Below, one piece after another: positions 43,801 through 54,352 of a stretch of DNA of 64,000 bases. The position numbers and the translations under genes are program-made. How positions within the stretch are numbered: the stretch's first letter is position 1; each line of letters starts with the position of its first letter. The DNA comes from Andalucia godoyi And28 (Eukaryota > Protista > Jakobida). The stretch lies in NCBI GenBank assembly GCA_009859145.1, contig VRVR01000021.1:71507-135506 (forward strand), read 5' to 3'. The notes beneath the pieces were generated by a model. The model was given only the letters and a program-made list of their open reading frames with translations. It was not told the DNA's origin and ran no database searches.

Positions 43801-46104
43801 ATGGCATCGACTAGAGACTTCTCTGCGTCACTTCCGAAGCTTCCCGGGCTGTCATTTTCGGACAAGATTCCGAGAAACAACACTCGACCGAAGGCGCAAG
43901 GACTGAAGTTCTGCAACGGAATGCCTGTCGTTGTTTCTTTCGGAAACGAGGAAGACGACGAGTCACCGAATCATAATGCGACGTCAAACTCTCGTTCAGG
44001 CGAACTTGGAGAGTCGGCGCTTCTGAAATCGCCCTCGCACGCAGCCGGAGCGTCGGGATTCGCAAAGACCTCAAAGCCCCTTCCGCCAGCTCCGTTTGTG
44101 GACGTGTCGCACGACAAGCAGGCTCTGCGGTTTTACTGTTACCTCGAGGAAAATGTCATTGAGTCCAATATGGAGAACCGTCGGATGAGAAAGCTAGTCT
44201 TGATTTTCAGTTTGTTCGACCAGACGGTGCTTCTTTGTGAGACGAAGACCGATAACTCCGGACTCCCCCAAGGCACGTTCCTCAAGCGCACCAAGGTTCC
44301 TGGGCTTTCGATTGACCAGTTTGTGATTGGACAGACTGTGCATGTTTTCGGACACAAGCTTCACATATACGACTGTGATGCTTTCACACGCCGGTACCTG
44401 GTGGATGTGCTGGGGTTCGAAGATGCCGAGGCACAATCGCCCCCACAGGGAGAATACGAAACAAAACGATCGCGAGCTATTCCTGGCGGGGTTCCTCGTA
44501 GTGCTGAACTCGTAGAGGAGGACCGTGAAATGAAGCGCTATTTGGAGTTTTCCAGCACGGGTCGCGCATCTGTCCCGTCTACAAAGGAAAAGAACGAGAT
44601 GCAAGAGTTCCTTTCCAGGGACCGAGATGTTCTTCGTTTCTATGCAGTATGGGATGACCGCAACAGCCTGTTCGGAGACTACCACTACTACACCATCTAC
44701 TACTTCCGCTCCAACAAAACCGTTGCAATGACCGAGAAGTTGCCTCCCAACTCCGGTTGCGACGAGATTCCAAAGACTCACATGCCGATGAAAGTGCCTC
44801 GCAATTTCAACGGGCTTGGATCACTTTCGGATGCGAATGGAGACTTCATTTCGGAGGCCGACCTCTGCCCCATTGGAAAGCGGGTTACGATATTTGGAAA
44901 GGACCTGCTTATCTATGACACTGATCAACGCACCCGTAAGTTTATGACGGAGGAACTGGGACTCTCTGGAAAAGATGTTGACCCCATCAAGGTCGGCATC
45001 GAAAAGAAGCCCACTCCAAAGGCAGAGCCTCCTCCATACAACGGATTCGGGCTCGAAGAGGACTCTCTGAACAACTGGAAATACTTGATTCTCCGACCTC
45101 CTAAGAGAGACTTCGACAAGATGATGAAGAAGGATAAACTGCGCTTCGAAGCAAAGTTGGTCAACGGCTCCCCTGCAGAAGCCGATCGGCGATTCATTGT
45201 CACGTATCACGTTTGTGATGACACCATCAGCATCTCGGCAAAGGATTCAAGGAACTCCGGAGATGTCGGTGGACGCATTTTGAAGAACCATCATGAAGCA
45301 GGGGTGGATGCATCAAAGCTGTTTGTGGGTGCAGAAGTAACAATCAACTGCAGGCAGTACAAACTGCTGACCACAGAGGAAGCAACTCTGAAGTACATGG
45401 AGGCCAGGCCCAAGGAGTTCTCTATTTCAGATGCAAACAGAATCTTGAAGCGCCTTCGGGAGCTGATCTTGGCGAAACATGTCAAAATTCGTGACGCATT
45501 CCGTTCCATCGACACCGACCATTCCGGCAGCATCACGTTCGAAGAGTTCAAAACCCTGTGTGATCAGCTTAATATGGATCTTGTCGATCAGGAAATCATC
45601 ACGCTCATGCGATTCTTTGACAAGGATAATGACGGTCTCATTGGCTACGCTGACTTCTGCGACGTGGTTCTGCCGCCGAACTACGAGGATCCTACCAAGA
45701 GCCAGTTTGACGGTTCCAACAACCGAAGAGTCGAAATTCTTGACGCCGCCGGAATGGAAGCAATGAACGCAGCACAAATCAAAGAGCACGAGCACAAAAC
45801 CCAGGCTGCTCAGCGTGCTGCATTCAAGAAGTTCCGGGATCGCTTCGATCAGCAACGTCTCGTCCACACTGCCGCCCTCAGAGTGGCTACAGACGGATCA
45901 TCGGATTCGCGAATTGGCCGAGAGGAACTGCTCAAAGTCATCCGAAACGGCATGAAACTGGACTCTGTCATGTTCAGCGATACCGAGTACCAGGCCGTTG
46001 CAGGCGCCTTCTTCGCCCCCGGTCGGCAGCGAATTGACCTTTCGGATTTCCTCAAGATCGTGGACGGCACCGACACGTGGCATCTGGAGAAGAAGAAGCA
46101 ATAA
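43801..46104 (+). CDS. EFHC1/EFHC2 (Rib72)-like axonemal protein with DM10 domains and EF-hands
   Basis: ALRFYCYLEENVIES, SGLPQGTFLKR, VLRFYAVWDDRNSLFGD, ADRRFIVTYHVCDDTISI; EF-hands DTDHSGSITFEE and DKDNDGLIGYAD. Confidence 0.88.
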   Translation: MASTRDFSASLPKLPGLSFSDKIPRNNTRPKAQGLKFCNGMPVVVSFGNEEDDESPNHNATSNSRSGELGESALLKSPSHAAGASGFAKTSKPLPPAPFVDVSHDKQALRFYCYLEENVIESNMENRRMRKLVLIFSLFDQTVLLCETKTDNSGLPQGTFLKRTKVPGLSIDQFVIGQTVHVFGHKLHIYDCDAFTRRYLVDVLGFEDAEAQSPPQGEYETKRSRAIPGGVPRSAELVEEDREMKRYLEFSSTGRASVPSTKEKNEMQEFLSRDRDVLRFYAVWDDRNSLFGDYHYYTIYYFRSNKTVAMTEKLPPNSGCDEIPKTHMPMKVPRNFNGLGSLSDANGDFISEADLCPIGKRVTIFGKDLLIYDTDQRTRKFMTEELGLSGKDVDPIKVGIEKKPTPKAEPPPYNGFGLEEDSLNNWKYLILRPPKRDFDKMMKKDKLRFEAKLVNGSPAEADRRFIVTYHVCDDTISISAKDSRNSGDVGGRILKNHHEAGVDASKLFVGAEVTINCRQYKLLTTEEATLKYMEARPKEFSISDANRILKRLRELILAKHVKIRDAFRSIDTDHSGSITFEEFKTLCDQLNMDLVDQEIITLMRFFDKDNDGLIGYADFCDVVLPPNYEDPTKSQFDGSNNRRVEILDAAGMEAMNAAQIKEHEHKTQAAQRAAFKKFRDRFDQQRLVHTAALRVATDGSSDSRIGREELLKVIRNGMKLDSVMFSDTEYQAVAGAFFAPGRQRIDLSDFLKIVDGTDTWHLEKKKQ

Positions 46105-46195
46105 ATCTTTGTAATTGTGGGGAATTTATTTTATTATTATTTTTTAATAACATATACCACGAATGTCTCATCTTTCTTTTTTTTCTATTGCATGC

Positions 46196-49100
46196 TCAGA
46201 CCTCGTCAACCTCCGGAATGAATGCGTCGAACGACGTAACGCTCATGGTTGAATTTGTCGAGTCTTTCCTAGCACAAGATCGCTGATCATCGGCAGTCGT
46301 TTCTGGGGAAAGCGTAGCCACAGGCCTTTGCTCTCCCCATTTACAATGCTCAGAATCACCATCATCATCATCACCACCTGAATCGCTGAAGGATACATCG
46401 CTTCTTGGCGAGAGAACGGGACTCGTCTGTGCCTGATCACCAACAACCGGGTCATGCACAGTGTTGTCATCCCCGCATGCCGGGTTCCTGGTATTTTTCG
46501 AACACTCGTCTGCAGCGGGCTTATCGATGGCACAAGCAGACCCTTCAGTGCTAGAGATTTCCGATTCGTTCGCAGGTGCAGAAGATGCCGGTTCTGTTTG
46601 GGATGCATCCTGTGCAACTTTCGGAGCATCTCCAAGAGTCTGCAGAGGCACGTCGGACGGCGAGTCATCTCTCGTTGTCGTTGATGGGCCAGCGGACAAG
46701 TCGGCGGCCACCCTCTCGCTTGTTGGACTGACTTTGTCATTTGCAGGAGAAACGCTCCCTGCGTCTTCAGCATTGCTGTCCTGTCGAGCAACGCCTGTTT
46801 GACGCCCATTTCGTCCTTCTCGAATTCTCCGTAACCGCTTGACCGTCTCGAGAATTCGGACATGATTGTCCTGAGCTACTGCCAAATCCTCTGCACACTG
46901 ACCTGTCGAGGCTTGCTTCTTTGACGACATACCGGGGGTCCGTATGTCGTTCTTCTTCCAGACTTTGAGATTTCCACTGCGGGTTCTGCGAAATCCAACC
47001 TCGAGACGAATGACGGTTGGCTGGGTCGAAGACTTCCCCGGCAACGATCGCAGCGGTTCGCTTAGTTCTCGATCCACTTTCGAAATCGATGAAACCCCTT
47101 GCTGACGTCTCTCATCTTCTTGCTTTCCACGAGTGAATTGGCCAAGGAAATCTTTTCTGGAAGGCTTCGTTGCATCCGTGTATTGAGGACCCATGAAACG
47201 ACCGACTGCAGGGGTCGTCAACGCCTGATCCAACCTATCCGGCTTTGGAGATTTGTTCTGACTTCGCATCGAGCCTTTACGCAAGGATCGGTCCATTGAA
47301 TTTGTCGACGAAAACGACGCAGGAGACAGTCCAAGTGCGTGCAAGGTATATGGCGAATACAGCCCTGCAAAAGGGTCAGTACCGCTCTGGGGACTTGTAT
47401 CATACAATCCTTCCGAGTGCAGATCCAAAACAAATGCATCCTGGATACGTATCAGACAATCTTGACACACCATCAAGAAGTCTGGGTCCAGGATGTCCAC
47501 GGGAAGATCCATCTCGTGCTCGTGGAAAAATTCCTCAACGTCATTTTGCTCTCCAGGGAGTTTGGAAGCACTGCCAGCGCCAATGTCCTCAGAGTTGAAG
47601 CGTGAATGTGAAGGAGTGGCATGCGTTGACGATGATTGTTTCGGATCGTCATCCTCTAACAACAGCTTCGCAATATCTGGAGGATACACACCTAAGAACT
47701 TCGCACTTTCTGTAGACTGTGGAACCGATTTTCCAGGTAAACTATCATCAACACCTTCTTCGGCTGCAAATCGTACACGGGGAGGAGAGACCGCCGCATC
47801 GTCCCTTTGAGGATTGGACTTTGAGGAGAAATCTGGAAATGGCTTAGCATTGCAGAACACTCCGGAGGACTGAGAACTGCGAATGCCTGCGGACCCTTCT
47901 TGGATGATCCACTTGTACCGTTGCGAAGTAGCCATCTTTGCAAACGACGACGGATCGTCACCATCCGCATGCAAGACATCTCCATTACTGAAATAGTTCA
48001 GTTCCGCTTGACGGAGTTCCGCTTGACGAGCTTTTCTGAGATGAGTTCTGTAGTACAGAAACTTCGCCAGTGGAGAAGTGTCTTCCGAAAAGCAGAACAG
48101 AAACGGATTGTGTGTGCATGGAAGAAGAAGGGAAACCATCTTGTCACAGCAAGAACAAGAGTGCAATTCCAGTCCATCGTCGGAAAACGGACTCCGCCCA
48201 TGCGTAGGGCCTCGCAGCGGATGCTGAAGAGATGGTATCACCATTGTCTTTGCCGATTGCTGCAGAAACGTCGCAGGATCCAGTGCACTCAGTCCAGTGG
48301 ATGACCTTCCAGCATTGACTGAGGATCGAAGCACCACTGTTTCAAAGGGAGACAAATCAATGCGCTCACGGAAATCCGTCGATTTCCCGTTGATGGTTCG
48401 AATGCCATCAAACCACAGCAGAACGGGTTTCTCGGAAGCATCAATCGTCATGAAGCAGACCATTCGAGAAATCAGTATGGTCGGCGACGATGCAGATCTC
48501 GTGGATGCAATATTCACAACTCTCTGAAAATGCGCAACTACCTGTTTGCAGAGCGAGTCGCAGTTTCGTGCAATCTTCGACGTCGCGTAATCGCTTGAAC
48601 CAACAGGTAGATCGGCACGAGAGGAGATATTAAGAGTGTCCACCCGCTCCACCAGTGTCATTTCGCGAAACCATCTGACTTTCAGCAGATACATATCTTC
48701 TGAATCCATCCTTGGCAATGTTGGAGAGGCTTCGATGTGAGAAAGAAGAAGACCTCGAAATCCCTTTCGTGGAAAAGACAGGAAGTTCTGCAACTGCGTT
48801 GCGTCCAGATATTGAACGGAAGACTCGTGTTTTCCGTCTGCATACTGCATTGTGCTGACGTACATTGCAACGCACGATCCGCGTTTGGTTTTCGCTTTTT
48901 GAAGACTCTCCGATTGGCTGGACTGAGAGGCTGCTGTCCACGCCTGGCTCTTCGCATCCGGCTTGCGCTTCATCTTGTCCTTTTCAGAAGACTCAGAGAG
49001 CGCAAGACCTGGTGAGGACGAAAACCTTGAAAACACGGATTCCGACGACAGCCATTCTTGCGGACGACGGGCGAGGCGGACGCACCGAGAATTCAATTCC

Positions 49101-49849
49101 AGGCTGTAATACGCCTGCGGGCTGCCATTGTCAATAAATACAGTGTCCGGGATCTGCAAGGAAGCCAAAAGATTTCTGGTTGTTTCACGAGACAAGAGGT
49201 GGTACGCGACTGGTCTGAAATCGGGCAAATTCCGATACTCCATGGACTTTGGCTTTGGAGGATCCATGTAGAACGTCAGCGCACTTCGTTTGGCCCGCAC
49301 ATTCATCGCCGAATGTGCATCGTGCACCAACACAACATGGTCAAAATACGCAGTGGAAATTCCTTTGTCCGTGGCTTGCAAGCGAGACGCGCTAGCCTTT
49401 GAGACTGAAGGCGGCGGGGTGGAAGAGGACACAAGAGGCAGAGAGGAAGCAGGCTGTGGTGCCGAAGACCTTGATGATGTACCCGCAGAACGGTGAGAGA
49501 GAGAAGAGGAAGAGGGAGTCGATGTTGATTGAGGGGTTGTAGAATGTGGTCTTCTCGAGGGAGAACCCGCTCGGATGCTCGGCGTCTTGTGGGGAGATTG
49601 CGGTGACGTGACCGGAGCCTGGAAAACATGAGCTCGGCCAGCATCAGCATTAGAGTCCGTGGTGGAATCGAGGTCGTACTCGTCACTGGTGTCACATGAA
49701 TGGCTGGTATTTCCGATGTGGCTTGCATAACGAAAACCGGAACCGCGCGGAGCAGAGGATATCGTCGTCAAACGTGATAACAACTGAGAGGCAGCCGTTC
49801 GCGACTCTGAAGCATTGCGGAGTTCAGCATCTGAAAAACTGGCACTCAT
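46196..49849 (-). CDS. Large protein with a central folded domain of unknown function flanked by disordered regions
   Basis: 1217-aa ORF; hydrophobic core IPDTVFID...QYLDATQLQNFL...LLKVRW...ISRMVCFMTID...LLWFDGIR, then a CSCC motif. Confidence 0.8.
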   Translation of the reverse strand: MSASFSDAELRNASESRTAASQLLSRLTTISSAPRGSGFRYASHIGNTSHSCDTSDEYDLDSTTDSNADAGRAHVFQAPVTSPQSPHKTPSIRAGSPSRRPHSTTPQSTSTPSSSSLSHRSAGTSSRSSAPQPASSLPLVSSSTPPPSVSKASASRLQATDKGISTAYFDHVVLVHDAHSAMNVRAKRSALTFYMDPPKPKSMEYRNLPDFRPVAYHLLSRETTRNLLASLQIPDTVFIDNGSPQAYYSLELNSRCVRLARRPQEWLSSESVFSRFSSSPGLALSESSEKDKMKRKPDAKSQAWTAASQSSQSESLQKAKTKRGSCVAMYVSTMQYADGKHESSVQYLDATQLQNFLSFPRKGFRGLLLSHIEASPTLPRMDSEDMYLLKVRWFREMTLVERVDTLNISSRADLPVGSSDYATSKIARNCDSLCKQVVAHFQRVVNIASTRSASSPTILISRMVCFMTIDASEKPVLLWFDGIRTINGKSTDFRERIDLSPFETVVLRSSVNAGRSSTGLSALDPATFLQQSAKTMVIPSLQHPLRGPTHGRSPFSDDGLELHSCSCCDKMVSLLLPCTHNPFLFCFSEDTSPLAKFLYYRTHLRKARQAELRQAELNYFSNGDVLHADGDDPSSFAKMATSQRYKWIIQEGSAGIRSSQSSGVFCNAKPFPDFSSKSNPQRDDAAVSPPRVRFAAEEGVDDSLPGKSVPQSTESAKFLGVYPPDIAKLLLEDDDPKQSSSTHATPSHSRFNSEDIGAGSASKLPGEQNDVEEFFHEHEMDLPVDILDPDFLMVCQDCLIRIQDAFVLDLHSEGLYDTSPQSGTDPFAGLYSPYTLHALGLSPASFSSTNSMDRSLRKGSMRSQNKSPKPDRLDQALTTPAVGRFMGPQYTDATKPSRKDFLGQFTRGKQEDERRQQGVSSISKVDRELSEPLRSLPGKSSTQPTVIRLEVGFRRTRSGNLKVWKKNDIRTPGMSSKKQASTGQCAEDLAVAQDNHVRILETVKRLRRIREGRNGRQTGVARQDSNAEDAGSVSPANDKVSPTSERVAADLSAGPSTTTRDDSPSDVPLQTLGDAPKVAQDASQTEPASSAPANESEISSTEGSACAIDKPAADECSKNTRNPACGDDNTVHDPVVGDQAQTSPVLSPRSDVSFSDSGGDDDDGDSEHCKWGEQRPVATLSPETTADDQRSCARKDSTNSTMSVTSFDAFIPEVDEV

Positions 49850-50484
49850 TCAATATTCATACATAGAAATTCGCAAAGTAGATGGCGAATTTGTATATGG
49901 GACTCTAATCTCTAAAAAAGCGTAACTGCTATTCCTTTTTCTTTTTCCCCCTTCTTTTTTCCTTTTTTTTTCAGCAGAAAACCCCACTGAAGAAAAAAAA
50001 AAGAGGTTTGTGAAAACCGGGCAGATGACGGTTTTTTTTCCCCCTCTTGCCAACTGGGTTTCTGCTCTTCTCTCCCCAGTCATCTTCCATCACCAAGGTC
50101 GCAGACATGCAAGCAGATATCCTTATGTCCAAACTTGGGGATGATTTGGATGCGTCCTCTCAGGAAATGAAAAGGGAAAAAAACACGGACAGATACTGCT
50201 GTCGTTGCAAGGACAGCTGCGACGCCCCATTCCACGAACCACAATCATTCAAAATCAAAGAAAGGCGAAAAAGCAGATACCGTCCCGCTTGTCAAGCTAC
50301 AGATTTGCACGCTGCTGAGGTGATGCAGGCTGCAGTATCCAGTAGGCCTGCTGGCTGTAGTGGATTGCTGCTGAGTGTGCTGACCTGAGTTCTTTTTCAG
50401 CCAAGTTGGACAGTGGTTTCCTTTCAGTTTTTCTTTTACTTTCTTCTCGATAGTAACACATGCTTCTCAGCGCTTCTATGAAAA

Positions 50485-52779
50485 ATGAATGAGTTGCGCA
50501 TCTGTGAGACAGTCACACATCTGACGCTGTCAAAACTTCGGGATAAGATCTCGTTGATCCTTGGCTCGTCTTCAGCGAACCCGTCGTCACCCAAAGGAAA
50601 TCCTTCATCCAGCTGTCCCAATGCGGTTCTGCGCATCATGGACGTTCCCAAAGTAGACGAGGCGCTGTTGGTACCGTCATCGCTGCTTCTTGACAGGAAT
50701 TTATTTCAAGAGTTTCTGGGGATGGAAGTTGCGCCGAAATTCAATATCCAGCACATGACGATGGAACGCGTTGACAGTGCCGTGGCAGCAATGGTAGTGG
50801 ACATTGTTGACCATTTTTCTTCCCTGAAGAAGGTCACGATTGCTTCCACGCGTCTTCCGGAGCCAAGCAGATCCAAACTGGTTTCTAAAGAATTAATGGC
50901 AGATGTTCTGGACACCGTACCACAATTGCTTCTTGCGCATAACGCTGACTCAATCGGAGGATCCTTGAAATTCAAACAGATTGAGAAGCTTCTTGAAGAA
51001 CAGGTGTCCGCAGAGGCTCTTTCAGATCGTCTTTTGGTGCTTGTGTACAGCGGAGACATTACCAGAACGGTGGAGAACACGTATTTTGTTCCCCAGAAAA
51101 CACGAAAGCGGATGATGCAAGACCAAGGGAAAGTCGACTCGTCGGGTGCAAATGCAACGAACAGCTTGTCTGGCAATACAGGATTCGAAAAAGTGGTTGA
51201 ACTGAGAAGCGATGATAACCCTACGGGACTGAAGGAAGTGATGACGCCTTCTGCTGGATCCAGAGAATCCAGCACTGCGGAAGGGAAATCGTCGGGGAGA
51301 AAGCGGTCCGCGACTGCCCCAAGTTCAATCCACGGGTCCTTAGGAGCGGTAACTGAGGCTCCATCAGCTGAAGGATCGTCCGCTGGAGGGCATCGTACTT
51401 CTGTGCTGTCAGAAGCGAATATCGTCCCCTTGAACGGCAATCTTGCGTTTCTTGCCTCACAGAACTCTGCAAGAGATCCGTATTTGTCGTCCGAACTCGT
51501 GCGGAAGAAGCGCAGAAGGGCTCGGCGCGTTGCATTTTACTGCCAAGTATATAATGATATGTTTAATTCATTGTCTGCACACTCCCCTGATACAGCGGTG
51601 TCGCCAAAGCAGATGTGGTCGTTTCTTAGTTCGAAGTACCCGTCTTGGTTTCACGGTTGCTGCATTGAGGATGTGGTCCGAAGGTCGCTGCAATGCAATG
51701 GCACGCATGCTTTTGAGATTTCCGGTGTGTCCCTGTTTTTCTACCATAACGGCTGCGCCTGCTCTTTTCCTGAACGTGGTATTAGCCACGCTCTTATTGC
51801 AAATGTTTCGGTGCTTCCTCAATCGTCATCAAAGTCTCCTGAACAACGGCGTTTTCGTAGGACCGCAGGCAATGCTGCCGACCATTCTTCAAGTGCGAAC
51901 ATCAAGGACAAGGACAAGGACAAGGACAAGGACAAGGACAAGGACAAGGACAAGGCACCGACTAGGAAACCAGCGAAGAGACCTCGGAAGAATTCTGACG
52001 TTGCAGAGAGCACTGCTCCAAAACCTGCAAAGATTGTGAAAACAGAGCATTCGTCCTCCATTTTATCCATTTCAATGGCGGAAGCGGTAGACGCTCCATT
52101 AGTCATTGATTCGAAGGAACGGTCCTCGGTTTCTCCCGGACTTTCGGAAGGTTCTTCTGGTCAACGAAGCGCCTCCTGCACTCCTGCCGACAACCCAATT
52201 CTCAGCAGCGGCCTCCCCAACAGTGACCTCCCAGAATTAACAGAATCCGAATTCCGCTCTGCATTGCTCACATTGAAGGCACTGTCTCCAAGATCAGCGG
52301 TTTCGAAGCGCGATCTGCAGCGCAAGATTCAGCAGATGTATCCGCAAAAACTCTTCTCGGATGATGTGTTCCTCGGTATTCGACGGAACAACAATTCTCA
52401 TATTCAGAAGGTTGGAAACTGCAGGTATGCGCAGTATTTTGTCAGACCGTCTGGAAGCACCTACATCCTCGAGACAACTGACCGTTCAAACTCTTCAATG
52501 TCTTCGATGGACGGGTCGCTAAATTCCGATTTCGCAGAAGACGCTTTAATCCATCTTGCGTTGATTCCGGATGCAGACAGCAATCACATTCAGGTGTCAC
52601 TGTTGTCGAGAAGCGATCATTCTCTGCCACATCAGTCAGACAACGAGGAGGAAGAAGACGATTGTCGAGAACGCGACGGTGTCGAGCAGCGACAACAAGG
52701 AGACCAGAATGTGCAAGATCCTGCTTCCGTTTGCTCCTTGGAACAAGATTCGTCGGTGGAACGAATGGACTGTTCTTAG
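50485..52779 (+). CDS. Putative nuclear protein with winged-helix/forkhead-like segments and a (KD)n tract
   Basis: 764-aa ORF; basic NLS-like clusters; segment NSLSAHSPDTAVSPKQMWSFLSSKYPSWF...VVRRSLQCN resembles forkhead helices (tentative). Confidence 0.7.
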   Translation: MNELRICETVTHLTLSKLRDKISLILGSSSANPSSPKGNPSSSCPNAVLRIMDVPKVDEALLVPSSLLLDRNLFQEFLGMEVAPKFNIQHMTMERVDSAVAAMVVDIVDHFSSLKKVTIASTRLPEPSRSKLVSKELMADVLDTVPQLLLAHNADSIGGSLKFKQIEKLLEEQVSAEALSDRLLVLVYSGDITRTVENTYFVPQKTRKRMMQDQGKVDSSGANATNSLSGNTGFEKVVELRSDDNPTGLKEVMTPSAGSRESSTAEGKSSGRKRSATAPSSIHGSLGAVTEAPSAEGSSAGGHRTSVLSEANIVPLNGNLAFLASQNSARDPYLSSELVRKKRRRARRVAFYCQVYNDMFNSLSAHSPDTAVSPKQMWSFLSSKYPSWFHGCCIEDVVRRSLQCNGTHAFEISGVSLFFYHNGCACSFPERGISHALIANVSVLPQSSSKSPEQRRFRRTAGNAADHSSSANIKDKDKDKDKDKDKDKDKAPTRKPAKRPRKNSDVAESTAPKPAKIVKTEHSSSILSISMAEAVDAPLVIDSKERSSVSPGLSEGSSGQRSASCTPADNPILSSGLPNSDLPELTESEFRSALLTLKALSPRSAVSKRDLQRKIQQMYPQKLFSDDVFLGIRRNNNSHIQKVGNCRYAQYFVRPSGSTYILETTDRSNSSMSSMDGSLNSDFAEDALIHLALIPDADSNHIQVSLLSRSDHSLPHQSDNEEEEDDCRERDGVEQRQQGDQNVQDPASVCSLEQDSSVERMDCS
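51904..51955 (+). repeat. (AAGGAC)n coding hexamer repeat giving poly-(KD)
   Basis: Seen directly in sequence. Confidence 0.9.
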
Positions 52780-53192
52780 CGTCGGCGTTTGAAAACCGCC
52801 TCAAACGATACGGTGAAGCAAACACTTTATAATACTGATTCTGTTCTGCCGACAGAAGCAAAAGCGACGTTGCTTCCGTAGAAACGGGGGAAGATGCCTG
52901 ACATGTCTGCATGGTTTCATTCTTCATGCGTAAAGAATAAGTGAATGAACTGGTCAATTGAAGAACAAAAACAAAACAAACCAATTTTCGGCTTTCCAGC
53001 ACTTGAGCCCCTTGTCAGACGTGCAGAAGTTCCTTGGAAGTTGGGGAGCAACGAAGAACAGACTCAAAAAGGATTTGAATACGGGAAGACGCCGAAACTG
53101 CGAAATTCGACTCGACATGCAGACAAATACACAAGATAAGGCCTCTTGTTTCGCGAACACGTGTGCTTTTCGTCAGTCGCTGTTGTTATAAA

Positions 53193-54239
53193 ATGGTTTC
53201 TCGCCGGGTGATATTCACGCTCCTTGGAACAGGGTCTTCTAGAGGCACGCCAACTATCGAGAAATGCTTGCTTGACCCTTCGCTAGTGCTCACTGCCGAA
53301 CTGCGGCACAATCCGTCATTGCTTGTGCAGGTTGTTGACACAAGCATGCCAGCTGGTCCGAACGCAGTCAAGCTTCAATTGCTTGTGGACATGGGGAAGA
53401 CGTTTAGGTTCTCCATAATGGATCATTTGAAAAGATGTGTTCAGCATGCACAAACTCCGGACTCCAAGTTGGTGTTTCCATTTCTTCGCCCAGCATTCGA
53501 CGGGGTGTTTATCACGCATGGTCATGCGGACGCAATGGGTGGACTAGATGATTTGAGAGAACTCAACAACACTTCGGATTGTGTATCCATGCCTGTCTAT
53601 GCAGATAGGAAAACCATGGGCGACGTGTCTTCTACGTTTCCGTACATGTTCTCAACGAGTTCAAACGGACTATACCTGCCATCCGCTTCCCCAATTGCAT
53701 TTGACTATTTCCAAGAAATCAAGTTTCTTGGAGGTTCTTTCTCGGTTATTCCCGTCCCCACAACCCATGGCAACGTAACCTGTTCTGGCTTTGTCTTTCG
53801 GTGGTCAGAGAAGCACGGAGTTGGTGGTGCGTATCAAGCTGCGTATTTTTCGGATTTTCACTGCCCGCCCATCTCTCCAAAAGTCATTGATTTTAAAAAC
53901 AGATCCGCATGGTCAGCATACGCTCCGTTGGAAGACTTTTTGACGTGTTTTGCGTATCCCGAAGAGACGATACGCGTGTTGAAGGAATGCCCACTTCATC
54001 ATCTCGTGCTCGATACTTTGAGCCCTGATTTCTTCTATCCATCGCATGCCTGCTTCTTTGAAGCGGAAAAAGTGGTCGATGCAATCATGCAAGCAGGTGT
54101 GTCACTATCAAACTGTCGTGTTTGCAACATCGGAATGTCTGCGTTCATTGACAAGGAGTGGTATTCTGCCTTGGACCCTCCGTCAAGGATATGTGTGTCA
54201 CATGATGGAGATCAGTTCGTGCTGCCCTCGTCAGAATAA
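53193..54239 (+). CDS. Metallo-beta-lactamase-fold hydrolase, PhnP-like
   Basis: LGTGSSRGTP, LLVDMGKTFR, THGHADAMGGLDDLR (HxHxDH variant), HG, YFSD, SHDG. Confidence 0.88.
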   Translation: MVSRRVIFTLLGTGSSRGTPTIEKCLLDPSLVLTAELRHNPSLLVQVVDTSMPAGPNAVKLQLLVDMGKTFRFSIMDHLKRCVQHAQTPDSKLVFPFLRPAFDGVFITHGHADAMGGLDDLRELNNTSDCVSMPVYADRKTMGDVSSTFPYMFSTSSNGLYLPSASPIAFDYFQEIKFLGGSFSVIPVPTTHGNVTCSGFVFRWSEKHGVGGAYQAAYFSDFHCPPISPKVIDFKNRSAWSAYAPLEDFLTCFAYPEETIRVLKECPLHHLVLDTLSPDFFYPSHACFFEAEKVVDAIMQAGVSLSNCRVCNIGMSAFIDKEWYSALDPPSRICVSHDGDQFVLPSSE

Positions 54240-54352
54240 ACATTGAAAATTTATGAATAACCCCCCCCCCCCCTCCCCCTGCTTCTATTTTGGTGAGTAT
54301 CAGCATTTCTGGATATCCGGTGAGATTCGACAACCGTTTACGACAACGATGA

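Noticed and set aside
52780-52940. Cluster of 5-7-bp hairpins resembling a snoRNA
   Set aside because: Stems are short enough to arise by chance, with no clear C/D or H/ACA box arrangement.
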